Origin: Phaeosaccion multiseriatum
Lineage: Eukaryota; Protista; Ochrophyta, other classes
Direction: 5' to 3'
DNA length: 64,000 bases
Assembly (NCBI GenBank): GCA_965112735.1
Contig: OZ218956.1
Location: 3,878,976-3,942,975 of the forward strand
The position numbers were made by a program, and so were the translations under genes. This document shows, piece after piece, positions 11,721 to 23,146 of this stretch (the first letter of the stretch is position 1; each line of letters begins with the position of its first letter). A model generated the notes under the pieces. That model saw only the letters and a program-made list of their open reading frames with translations. It ran no database searches and was not told the DNA's origin.

Positions 11721-14700
11721 CTTGGTGATGCAGCAGCAACAAGCTGCTCGCAGGAAGACGCTTCGGTCTCTGCCCGCCGGTGCCCGTCGCTCCTACCGCT
11801 CCCTCACGCTCTCTCACAACGGCAATGGTCAGGGAGAGCCCGACCACCGCCTCCAGCACCAGCTCAAGCTCATGCAAGGCCTGAAGGACGGAGGAGGAGG
11901 GGGGGGGGGGAGGGCGACAGTGGGGCACGTACACCACGCTGCGCATGAACCGATCAAGTACCCCGCACTCAGCTCCTCCACATTCTTGCCGCTGCCAGAG
12001 GGGGGGGATGGAGGGAGTGATGGAGGGGGAGAGGGCGGGGGAGGTGGAGCCGTTGGTGCTACGGCAGGCACTGGCGCAGGGGCTGCAGGAGGAGGGGTCG
12101 GTGGTGGCCACTTGTTTGGCAGCCTGGGCAGTAGCGGAAGGGGCAGCGGTGGAGGACCCAAGCACCCCTCCGACGACATGTCGGACCCGCAACACGTCGG
12201 GCTCTTCCTTGACGCCGCTGACGCGTACTCGAGTCCGCACCTCGGGCCGCTGGAGGAGGGGCTGGACGGGGGCAGAGCCAGAGACAGGGTGAGGGTGAGG
12301 AGGGTTTCTGTGGACAGCTTGGACAGAGGAGGGGGCGACCTGCACGCACCCGCCCACGCACAGGGAGATGAGGGGGGAAGCTTAGGGGCGGGCCTGAGCT
12401 TCGGCATTCAGCAGCAGCACTACACAGAGCCATCATCTTCTTCCAATGGCCATGGACCGCCTTCTGGACTGGCCTACAGCCCGCCCTTCCTTTCCTCTCA
12501 CGGAGGAGGACTCCTCCCCAGCGACGGCGCTTTCGACCATTCGATGGGCCATTCGATGGGCCATTCGATGGGGGACAGCCACAGCGCACCCCGGGGTCCA
12601 CCGTGGCCCCGAGGGGAAAGAGAAAGGGTTCGAGTAAGCACCCTGTCAAGGCGCCTGCTCCGCGTGGCGGGCCTATGCGGCTTGAACTCTCAAGTGGCGA
12701 GTGCGCAGGGCTCACAGATGGCGGAGGAGGCAGAGGTGTGGGCCATGCTGCAGGAGGGCTGCTGCCTGGAGGCGTTGCACACACACGAGCTTGAGCTGGG
12801 GTGGCTCACAGCTGCCGACGCGCGGAGGAGGAGGACGTTCGGCAGCAGCAGCGGGGCTGGGGAGGGGGGCTGGGAGGGGGGCAGAGACGCCTTCGCCTTC
12901 CGTGCCAACGCCTTTGGAGCGGCCCTCGTGAGGAGAGTGCTGCACCACTACGAGAGGGAGGGGGACTTGCAGATGCTCGCCACAATCGTGTGCGTCTTGG
13001 GATCAGCGGCGGGGGCCGAGGGTTTCGGTAGCGACACGATCGTTGCGCCCATGCTGCCCGAGGGGCTTGGAGCAGAGGCGTACCTGCGCTACCTTGACGC
13101 CTACGCTGAGCTGCTCCTCAGTTGGGGGGCGCTGGACAGGAGGTTGGAGGTGCTCAAACATAGGCATGCGGCTTTTACCATTGCCGAGCGGCGGAGGAGG
13201 GGCACAGGAGGAGGGGGAGGAAGGGAAGGAGGAGAGGGGAGGGGGGGAAGCGTGGGGGTGGGCTGCGGCTGGGGGGTGGGGCCAGGGGTAAAGGAGGAGG
13301 GCAGTGGAGGCGAGGGAGAGGAAGAGGAGGAGGGGGACGAGGGAGAGGGAGAAGAAGAGGGAGACGAAGGAGGGCCCCTTGAGAAGGGCTTGCGGGCCTT
13401 GAGTGCAGCAGGGAGGGCGCTGGGGCACACCGTCAGTCACCTCAGCCACGCCAATCACGGTCATACAGGCAAGATGGCAGTAGATGGACACGCCAAGGAG
13501 GAGGGGCAGAGGAGCGGCCACCTGCGGGCAGGCGGCGGGTATGTCACTGGCACTGGCTCTGGCCCTGGTGTTGGCAAGTATGAGGGAGAGAGGAAGGAGA
13601 GGTCCATCAGCGAGAGTGGAGTGACTCCCCGAGGGGCCGGCGGCGATGGCAAGCGCAGGGGTGAATGGGGCAGCAAGACTCGCGTGTCGAGGAGTCGCAG
13701 CCCACTGCCACTGCCCCCGCCCGAGAGGAGAGAGAAGGACAAGCAGGAGCAGAGGCATGAAGAGGGAGGGCGAGAGGGAGAGGGCGCGGGAGAAGGGCCA
13801 CAGGGCCTCTCGGAGCCGCTGCTTGATACAGAGGCAGAGGGAGAGGCAGAGGGAGGGCTCATGCCCCACACAGTGTGCCACCGCTGCGGCTCGTTGTGTG
13901 CCACTCCCTTCTGCAGCACTTGCAAGGACTTCGCCTTCCGCTGCTCCGTGTGTCACCTTTGTGTCAGGGGCATGGGCCTCTTCTGCACCAAGTGCGGCCA
14001 CGGGGGGCATGCTAGCCACATGGAGGAGTGGTTCGGAGGGCCGATAGGAGGAGGAGAAGGAGGAGAAGGAGAAGGAGGAGGGGGGGGGGGAGCAGGAGGA
14101 GGAGGAGGAGGGGCAGGAGGAGGAGGGGCAGGAGGAGCAGGAGGGAAGAGAAAAGGGTACAAGGAGGAGCACGGGATCGGTGCGGACTCGAGAGAAGGGG
14201 CGGGGGGTAGAGAGGGGACAGCGAGGGCCGAGGAAGGAGAAGGTGTTGGTGACGGTGGGGAGGGAAGCGAGAAGCTCGGATTGGGCTCGTCGAGTAAGGA
14301 GGCGGGGGGAGGAGGAAGGGCAGGGAGAGGGGGAGGCGGCAGCCGACGCACTCTGCGGGAGAGACAGAAGAAGGCGCAGGCCAAGTGCCCCACAGGGTGA
14401 GTGTAGGATAGAGGAGAGGAGAGAGGAGATAGAGGAGAGGGGAGAGAGGAGAGAGGAGGGAGGGGAGGCTCCATCGGGCACGCCGGCAGGAAGGGGCTCG
14501 CCTTCCTTCACACTCACCGCCGCCACCGAACCTAACCCTGGTCAGTCTACCCATGCCCGAACGCTTGACTGCTGTACCGCTCTCTTGTCTGCCTTTTGTT
14601 TGCCTGTATGTATGCCTCTACTGCCCTCAGCTGCGGATGCGCATGCATGGACGACGAACAGACCTTCCTCGTCCAACTAAGGCAGAGAGAGCTGGAGAAG

Positions 14701-14979
14701 GGGGCCAGCGGGCAGAGGAAGAAGAAGGAGCATGACGAGCGCCAGGGGCAGGGGCAGGGGCAGGAGGGGCAGGAGCAGCGCACCGAGCGTGAGCTCAAGC
14801 AGCACAAGCGGGTTTCACAGCTGACACAGAGGCTGTCGGCGGAGACGCGCGGAGGGGCGGGCCTTCCGAGTAGAGGGGGCAGGGAAGAGGAAGAGGAGGG
14901 GGGCGGCGCGAGGACGCTCGTGAGCGCGGGTCTGTGGCAAAGGCAAAGGTCTGCTCAGAAAGTACATGACGCTGAATGA
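4733..14979 (+). CDS. WDR59: GATOR2/SEA complex subunit WDR59 (SEA3)-like protein, about 13 exons, expanded by low-complexity insertions
   Basis: N-terminal WD40 repeats (DVDTSGSFAVLSSRKGFAIVDL, LLATAHGDGAALVWDVR, VVKLWDAR, ILTASTDRSFK), an RWD-like segment (RVHVLFPSSYPKHASPVFTF), IPCPRLFGASFSSGGALVSF, GDLQMLATIVCV, YLDAYAELLLSWG, and a C-terminal zinc ribbon/RING (CHRC..FCSTCKDFAFRCSVCHLCVRGMGLFCTKCGHGGHASHMEEWF...CPTG|CGCAC). Confidence 0.88.
7548..7608. repeat. (GTGA)n intronic microsatellite
   Basis: Directly visible tandem GTGA. Similar tracts at 7440-7500 and 42180-42320. Confidence 0.9.
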
Positions 14980-15261
14980 TTCAATAAAGGGAAGGAGGGG
15001 CCAGCGACGGCAGAGCACCCAAATAGAGGAACAGAAATGAATGGGTCCTTCACCACCGCGGCCCTGCCCGTGGGGCACTTGCCTGCCCTCGGTTAGCCCT
15101 TGACCATGGCCCTTGACCATGGGTTTTGTGCGCACACTTCTCGTGGTAGGGCCTGTGGCCGCAGGGCAGCAGCACCACTGGCTGGCTCGAGATGCCTCGC
15201 TCCCATAAGCTCTAATATACACCTTTGCATAGCGTAAAGAGGACGCAGTCCTACTCGTGTA

Positions 15262-16958
15262 TCACCAACTGCCACGGCGCACCGGCTCCGGCCCCTTGCG
15301 CTCCCCCTCGCCCTCCCCGAGTGCCGCCCCTAGCTGCTCCTGTACCACCGACTGCTGCGGCGCCGGCTCCGACCCCTTGCTCTCCTCCACTCCCTCGTCG
15401 TCCCTTCCCCCGAGCGCCTCCAAGGCCAGGGCGGGGGGCATGGCGAGCAAGGTCTTGCGCAGCTCAGAGAAGGTGGGGCGGTGTTCGGCCTTGTCTGCCC
15501 AGCAGCGCTGCATCACTTGGCAGTAAACGGCCTCCGGGCAGCCCTCCGGCCTCTTGAGACGGAGGCCTTGCGCACACACCCGCGCGACCACCACCTCGTC
15601 GTCCAGGATGGTCAAGAATGGCTTTAGCCCGTATGTCCACAACTCCCACAGCATCACCCCAAACGCCCACACATCGGACTTCTCGCTCAACTTGTCCCTT
15701 TGGAGGGCCTCCTTGGACAGCCAGCGCACGTACCGAGGTAGGGAGGAAGCGAAGTAGCCCGTGACCTTGACGAGCACCTTCGCAGGGTCGTTTGCGTCCC
15801 AGCCGTACACGAGTACACTCCGTGCAGCGAGACTGCCGTGCACCAGCCCCTCATTGGCCAAGTGCTCCATGCCCTTCCGCACCTGCAGCGCCACCTCCAG
15901 CAGCACCTCGTCTGCGGCGCATTCGTCTCGCTCCTCCATCTCCTGCAGCACCGCCAAGAGCGAACCGTGCGGCGCCGGCTCATGCACTAAGTACACTCCT
16001 TCGCTCACCTCGCTCCCCTCGCAACGGTCATCTCGTCGCACGTGCATCTTCCCCAGCAGCGACACCAAGTGCTTGTTGCGACCGAGCCGTAGCAGCGCCT
16101 CCTCCGACCGGAGCTCGGCTTTGAGGGGCACGGCGACCACGCTCACGTCGCGACCCTCCCACCTTGCTCGGTACTCGTGCTGCTGCCCCCCGTCGAGGGC
16201 CAATGCTCCTCCTCCTCCTCTCACTGCCTGCATTGATGGACACAGCTGTTGCGGCGAAACTGACGGCACAGTCGACGACTGACTGGGGCTGCTTTTGGTG
16301 CTGGAAGTCCTGGCGGCGGCTGGTGAGGGAGAGGGTGGAGGCACCGTCTCGCGTGGAGGGAGGGGGGGTGACAGGGTCACCGCGGACATTGCTGAAGACA
16401 GGTCAGTCTCTGATGGCCCTTCTTGGGGTACCCACGGAGACCCACTCAAAGACGCATGCGAGGGCGCTCGACTTGGCGGCTGCGCGGGTGAGATGCACTC
16501 CTTTGGCGGCGATGGTGACAGAGCTCGTGCCTCTCCTCCTCCTCCACCTTCGGTGCGTGTGGGTGTCGCCCTTGCTGCGGCTGCCGCTGGTGATGTTGCT
16601 GCAGCGTCGCCTCCTCCTCCACCCCCTTCGCCTCCTCCTTCGCCTCCTCTTTCGCCTCCTCCGTCGCCTCCTCCTCCTCCACCGGCTCCTGCTGCTGCTG
16701 CTACTGGACCCCTTTGGGATACCCACGGAGACCCACTCGAGGGCTCTTGGGATTGTGCCTCCGCGGGTGAGGTCCACTCCTTTGGCGGCGATGGTGACAG
16801 AGCTCGTGCCTCTCCTCCTCCTCCTCCTCCTCCACCACCACCACCTTCGGTGCGTGTGGGTGTCGCCCTTGCTGCGGCTGCCGCTGGTGATATTGCTGCA
16901 GCGCCGCCTCCTCCTCCACCCCCTTCGCCTCCTCCTTCGCCTCCTCCTCCTCCACCGG

Positions 16959-16990
<32 letters not shown>

Positions 16991-19890
16991 ACTGGAGCCT
17001 GTTGGGATACCAACGGAGACCCACTCGAGGGCTCTTGGGGTTGCGTCTCTGCGCGTGATGGCCACTCCCTTGGCGGCGATAGTGACAGAGCTCGCGCCCC
17101 TCCGCCTCCTCCAAAGGTGCTTGCGGGTGTTGCTGCTGCTGCGGCTGCTGCTGGTGGCATTGTCGCTCCTTCTCCTCCTTCGCCTCCTCCTTCGCCTTCT
17201 CCTCCTCTGGCTCCTGCTGTTGCCGCTGCTGCCGGTACCGCTTCTGTTGCTGCTTCTTTCACAGCCGCTCCAGAGCTCGCTGGCCGTTTCTTCTTCTTCC
17301 GCTTGCGTCGCGAAGCCGCGGAGGGAGGCAGAGAGGAGGAGGGAGCGGGGACAGAGAGCGCAGGAGGTGGAGGCGTGGCCAGCGGGTGCAGCAGGCCGTA
17401 GTAGCCCATCACGGCAAGAAGCCGACACAGCCCTGTCTGAGCTCGTGCGCCTGAAGGGCAGGGAAGGGAGATAGCAGACAGGGACGTGAGGGCATGCACG
17501 ATTCATTCACAAAAGAAAAAGGCACATACATCAAGCGCCCGACCAGGCAACCCACTGCCTCTGCTTGCTAACCGAGGAAGACGCTCACCTCGCAGCAGCA
17601 CCTCCGTGGCGTAGTGCCCTTCCCTGGCGGCCCCTTCCGCGGCAGCTGCGACGATTTTCGAATCTTCGCCGCACTCGCTCCTCTGGAGGAGATAGAAAAC
17701 ACCGTCCATTCTACCCTCCGCCGCACTCCTGGCGAGTATCCGGTCCGTATTGCTCTTCAGCAGGCGGCCGTCGTGCTTCGACCTGCGCCGAGCTCCGAAC
17801 GCCACCAGGACGTCCGCAACCTCATTGTGAGCCGTGGTGTGAGTGTCCCCCGACACTGGTGACCCCGCCCCAATGGCTCGCTCGAGCGCTCCCATGTTCG
17901 AGTCGTCGCACAAGTTCGGATCCGCACCTTGCTCCAGCAAGAGAGTGACCATGTCCATATCCTTGTTGAAAGCCGCGTGCATGAGAGGAGTCCTCCGCTT
18001 GAAATCACTGGCATCAATCACCGCTCCGCCGCGCAGAAGGGCGGCCGCAGTCTGTGTGAGTCCATTCGAAGCGGCCATATTCAACGCCGTGAACTTGATC
18101 TGGCACTGCCTCGCGAGAACATCAGCTCCCCTCTCCACCAAAAGCGCCACCATCTCCGCGGTGTTTGTTCCTTGGTCCCCTTTGCCCCTCTCCCCCATGC
18201 CCTTGGTGAACATCATGAGGACGTTTAGATCGGACCGCGTCTTGGCACGGATATCCGCCCCATGGTCGAGGAGGAGCCTGACCATATCGACACTGCTCCC
18301 TGCATACGCCGCGCCGAGCAGCGGTTCCACCCCATGAACATTTCGGGCATGAACGTTGGCCCCGCGCTGAAGCAAGAGCTCGGCAGCCTCCGGGGCGTCC
18401 TGTACCACCGCGTAGAAGAGCGGTGTGCACATGCTTTCATCCTGGGCCTCGATATCCGCTCCTTCATCGAGCAAGAAGCGAATCACGTCGCTGTGCCCGG
18501 CCCTCGATGCCGCATGGAGGGGAGTCCGATTCTCGAAGCCACGGACATGTACGTCTATTCCCCTCCCTCGGATACTTTTCACCATGCCACAGTGCCCGAC
18601 AAAGGCTGCACAGTGCAATGCAGAATCGCCTGCCTTGTCCTTGACGTGAAGATTGGCTCCGGCGTCCAGCAAGAACTCCACAATTTCCTCGTGACCCTGA
18701 TCCAGAGCAACCAAGACTGGGGTGGCTCCCAAGTGACCTTGACCCAATCTGGCCTCCATATTCGCGCCGTGCACCTCCACCAGAAGTCTGACCAGCTCTA
18801 GATGCCCCTGATTGGCCGCAAGGAGCAGCGGTGTTCTCCCATCAGCAGCAGGGGCATTCACAACTGCGCCAGCCGAAACAAGAAGGTTCAACATGTCGAC
18901 CTCTCCCCTACAAGCAGCAAACTGAAGGGCACTCACACCCGCTCCATCGAGTGTGTGTACATCCGCTCCGGCCTCCAGAAGAAGCTCCACAATCCCAGAG
19001 TCCCCATGCGCAGCAGCGAAATGGAGCGGTGTGGATTTGTTGGCATCGGAGGCATTGTTCACAGCCGCTCCCTTGGCCAACAGGAGTCTGACGGCCTCCA
19101 AGGGCCCGAAATTAGCAGCAAGATGCAGAGGATTCTGCTTGTCGCGGTCCTGCGCATGCACGTCCGCTCCGCCCTCCAACAGGAGCCTCGTGATCTCAGC
19201 ATTGCCCATCTCAGCGGAGTAGTGCAACGCTGTTCGCTCGAAAGTCCCCCCACGGTCGCTCACAGAGGCCCCGCTCGCGAGTAGCAGCTGCACCACATCA
19301 GGGTGATCTCTAAGCGCAGCGCAGTGCAGCGGCGTGTGGTTGGCATCGTCCAAGATGTTCACGTCTGCACCGTACTCCAAAAGCAGTGAGCACGCGGCAA
19401 ACAGTCCTCCCGAAGCGGCGATGCAGAGCGCGGGGCACGTTCCGGGGCCTCTGAAGTCGGCGCTGCCGGCGTCGTAGTCCAACAGGACCCTGGCCACCTC
19501 CAGGTTTTCATCCCCAATGGCCCACTGCAAGTACGACAGCCCGTGGAGGGTCGTCCCGGTGAGAGTGGTGGGGTGTTGACTGAGGAGGGTCTCCGCCTCC
19601 TCTGCAGAGTTCTGCTTCTCAGCTGCGTCCTTCCCCAGTCCTCGACAATACAGCAGGAGCTCCAGCTGCTCCTGCGTTATGTCCAGCTCTACGGCCACGA
19701 GACACGAAGCAGGGAGAGCGTCAAAGAAGGAAGGAGAGAGACAAGGCTCTAGCACTAGAGGAGCAACACGTGGGATAGGAGGGTGTCAGCACTCTCAATG
19801 CTACTTTAACTCACCCATGTCCGCATCCACTCGCTGCTCTTCCAGCTCTTCCCATGACTCCGTAGAGCCACCCAGAGGGAGCAGCTCCAT
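15262..19890 (-). CDS. Ankyrin-repeat protein (~17 repeats) probably fused through a repetitive linker to a C-terminal TKL/tyrosine-kinase-like pseudokinase domain
   Basis: Short exon 1 (MELLPLGG...DADM, 19890-19815) splices in frame to the ankyrin exon 19755-~17530 (many TPLHxAA...G...V.LLL..GA.V repeats). ORF 15262..17499 carries the kinase subdomains GSLL, MEHLANEGLVHGSLAARSVLV, YVRWLSKEAL, SEKSDVWAFGVMLWELWTYGLKPF and RCWADKAEHRPTF. The splice junction near 17455-17530 is not resolved. Confidence 0.75.
16425..17200 (-). repeat. Imperfect ~300-bp coding tandem repeat (about 2.5-3 copies) in the ankyrin-kinase linker
   Basis: The peptide AAAxSPAAAAARATPTRTEGGGG..EARALSPSPPKE...SGSPWVSQ recurs, with near-identical DNA at ~16430, ~16725 and ~17015. 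Confidence 0.85.
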
Positions 19891-20331
19891 AGCGTCAATG
19901 GTAGAGAAGCGCGGGAAGAGGGGGGGAGAAAAGGGTTCTCACGACAAGGCGCGAGTTGTGGGAGCTCCTGGATGAGCAGCGGCAGGCATCTCTCCTCTAT
20001 CAGACGCCAGACAGCGACACGGACTTGCTGGAAGCGTTCGGAGCGGGGTGCGCAATCTCTTTGATAACAATGTATTTCTTGGCGCCTCCCTGGACTAACG
20101 AGCTGAACCTCAAACTGGCTCGGAGGGGGGACGACCTCACCCTTGTGTCTTTTTTCGTTTATAAAAATGCATTTATTTATTTATTTCAAAATCAAATCTC
20201 CACTCACTCCAATCTCTCTCTCTCCTCTCTCTGCGCCTCCCCTCCTTTCCTCTCCTGTCCTGTCCTCCTCTTCTGCCCTCTCCCCTTCCCCCCTCCTCCT
20301 CCTCTCTCCTCTCCTCTCCCGTTGTTCTCTC

Positions 20332-23115
20332 TTACTTAATCTCATCCCAGCCCTCCGCACTCCGCACCAGAAAGTCTGCATCCATGAGCGGCGCATTTCG
20401 AATGGCGTACTGCAGCTTGGCCCTGCACACCTCCTTACTCGAGTAGCGCGGCAAGGCCAGACTAAAGAAGCACGTCTGCGCAACAGGCAGGTAGTCGTCT
20501 GCCACATTACCCCCACTCCCATCTTCCTTCTGCCCCTTCTCTCCGCCCTTTCCCAAGGGGTTGGTGAGCTTGAAGTTCATGGTGAAGTCAGCGGCGCAGG
20601 TGGGGAGCCGGCTGCGGCCGGAGCAGAAGTTGACGAAGCGGCCCTTGTCGTCGGCGCTCATTTCTCGCAGCACCTCCCACAGGAACTGCACGTGTGGCTC
20701 GGAGGGGGACACTCCGTCCTCGTACTCCGTGACTGGATGTGCATGGAGAGGGGTCACAAATGGCGGGGGGGAGCGGGGGCAGAGGCAGACAGAAGCAGAG
20801 ACTTGAGACTTGAGGTTCCCTCTCCTTTCCACTGACTCGTGCACTTCCCGCCTTACCTTTCTGCAGCAGGTCCACATCCACGTCGATCTGTCCGCAGAAG
20901 AGTGCCTCGGCCTCCTCCGGCGTGAAGAGCGCCAGCAGCTCCACGGGCAGCGCCTGCGCCAGGCCCGAGTACAGCGCCTCGAGGCACCAGTTGCCGCCCG
21001 CCAGCCGCAGGTTGCGGACGGCGGGCACGAGAGACCCCGGGGGCTCCCGATGGAGCCGCCTGCCATGGGATTGGATGGTATGGGACAGGGAGAGGAGAGG
21101 AGAGGAGAGGAGAGGGGACAGCACAAGGGCAGTGAGGGAAAGGGGTCCTACTTCATGCCTTGAAACCATTGCTAAGCTAAGCTAACACACTAACCCACCA
21201 ACCAAAAGCAAGTAAGGGGCAGGCCGCACAGTGGAGGGAGAGACAAGCACACAGATGAACTCACCCTCGGATCTCCGCCGCAGCCCGTGCGATGTCCGCA
21301 TCCGCCGCGCTCTGCTCCTCCTCCACCACATCCTCGAGAAGCTCGCGGGCCTCCTCCGCCTCCATGCGCCCCTTCTCCACGTCCGCGAGGCCCCTGTACA
21401 GCGCCGAGTCCACATCGTCTAACGCCCCGCCCTCGAGAGGCAGGCCCACCAGAGCTCGCCACGTCAGGCCCAGGGGCAGGGACAGGGGCACGTGTATCTT
21501 GTGCCTCCCCGCCACACCCAGCAAGCGGCCGAGGTGCCACAGCAAGAGGCGGCGCTGCTGCAAGCCCTCCTCCTCATCCCTGAGCTGCGGCGCGAAGACG
21601 AGTCTGTCCTGATTGCGGCCCGAACGGTTCTTCCCGTTGGGACAGGGCAGCAGCAGCTCCAACAGCCCCGCCGGCTCCTCCGCCACCGCCGTCCCGAACA
21701 CCGCTCTGTAGGGCCCTCCATGGTCGTCCACTCCCTCCCCCCTGAACTTGACGTAGAAGGCGCGCGCCTGCCCGGCGTCCTGCATGTGCACGAAGGACCT
21801 GCGCAGGCTGGCAGAGTCCAGCCCCGCGAGTTGGTGATACAACTGTCCGAACAGGCTGGCCTGCAGCTTGCCCTGGAAGGCCATGCCCTCCCCCTCGAGT
21901 GCCGCTGCCCGAGCCTTCATGCGGTTCAGCTCCACCTCGGGCAGAGCCTCGGGCCTCTCGTACTCGTCGGCGTTGGGGGCGGTGGCGGTGGTGGTCTCAC
22001 GCAGCAGCAAGGCCCAATGCCGGGTCTTGGTCTGTGTGAGGAGCAGCCCCCGCAGAGAGGAAAGGGCCGCGCCCACCGACGAGAGCACCCCCAGAGGCAC
22101 CGCAAGCTGCCCCAGCCCCAGGTGCACGGCCCTCACGTCCGCGGAGGTGAGCGTGAGCGGCGACTCGGAAGCTCTCGCCAGGTCCACAGCGGGCAGGGCC
22201 ATGGCCACGCTCCGGTTGAGCTCGAGCAGCAGCTGCAGACGGGCCGAGAGGGTCTGGCGAGAGAAGCCCGCCAGGGATGGCCATGACTGCGCGCCCCTGT
22301 GCAGCTCATCCTCCCCGATGTGCGCCACCCCTCCGGGCTCCCCCTTCCTGTTGCTGAGCGTGTTGGCGAGCCCCACAAGGGCCTCGTCAAGCGCCTGAGC
22401 GTCCTGACACCAGCCCGTGTCGCTAAAGAGCCGCTCCCAGTCCGCCTCGGAGGACGAGCGCAGCGGCGAGGAGGGCAAGGGGGGCAAGGAGGAGGTTGAT
22501 GCCCCATATGCCTCTGCTGATGCCCCATATGCCTCTGCTGATGCCGAGGTCGAGAGGGGGGCCTCCACGCTGCTCCCACTCTCCTTGCTCTGCCCCTCCG
22601 TGTCCTTCTCCCCCTCCTCCTTGACATCCTCCTTGGGCCCCTCCTTGCTGTACTCCTTCAGCACCACCTGCGCGCTGTGCAGCGCCACCTCGAGGCTCTG
22701 CAGGGTCCAGTACCACGCCGCCTCGGAGTCCTCGCCTTGGCCCTGGCCGCCCTTGTGCCCCTCCTGCACCCACCAAACCATGCCCTTCCTGGTCCCGATG
22801 ATGCGGCCCGACCCGTACGGCGTGGTGATGGGGTGTCCAACCTGCACCGCCGCGAAGGGCGCACACACCCGCCCCGCCACCTCTGTGAGCTTCTCCTGAC
22901 TCACGTCCACGAGCACCTCGAGCCCCGCCCGACTGAGGAAGGGCTTGCTGTTGCTGCGCCTCCCCCTTCCCTCGAGGGCGGCCCTGGCCCTCCGCTTGAC
23001 GGCTCTGCTGCAGTGGCGAGGCAGTCCGTCCAGGCCCAGGGCTTGGCAGCGCTTGGCGTGTTGAAGAGTCACCATCGCCTCCAGCATGTCGGCCTGATGT
23101 CATGACACGCACACA

Positions 23116-23146
<31 letters not shown>

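Noticed and set aside
17530-19755. Ankyrin exon as horizontally acquired DNA (no microsatellites or iterated motifs seen)
   Set aside because: Structural constraint on ankyrin repeats explains this, and 2.2 kb is too short for the absence to be significant without a phylogeny.
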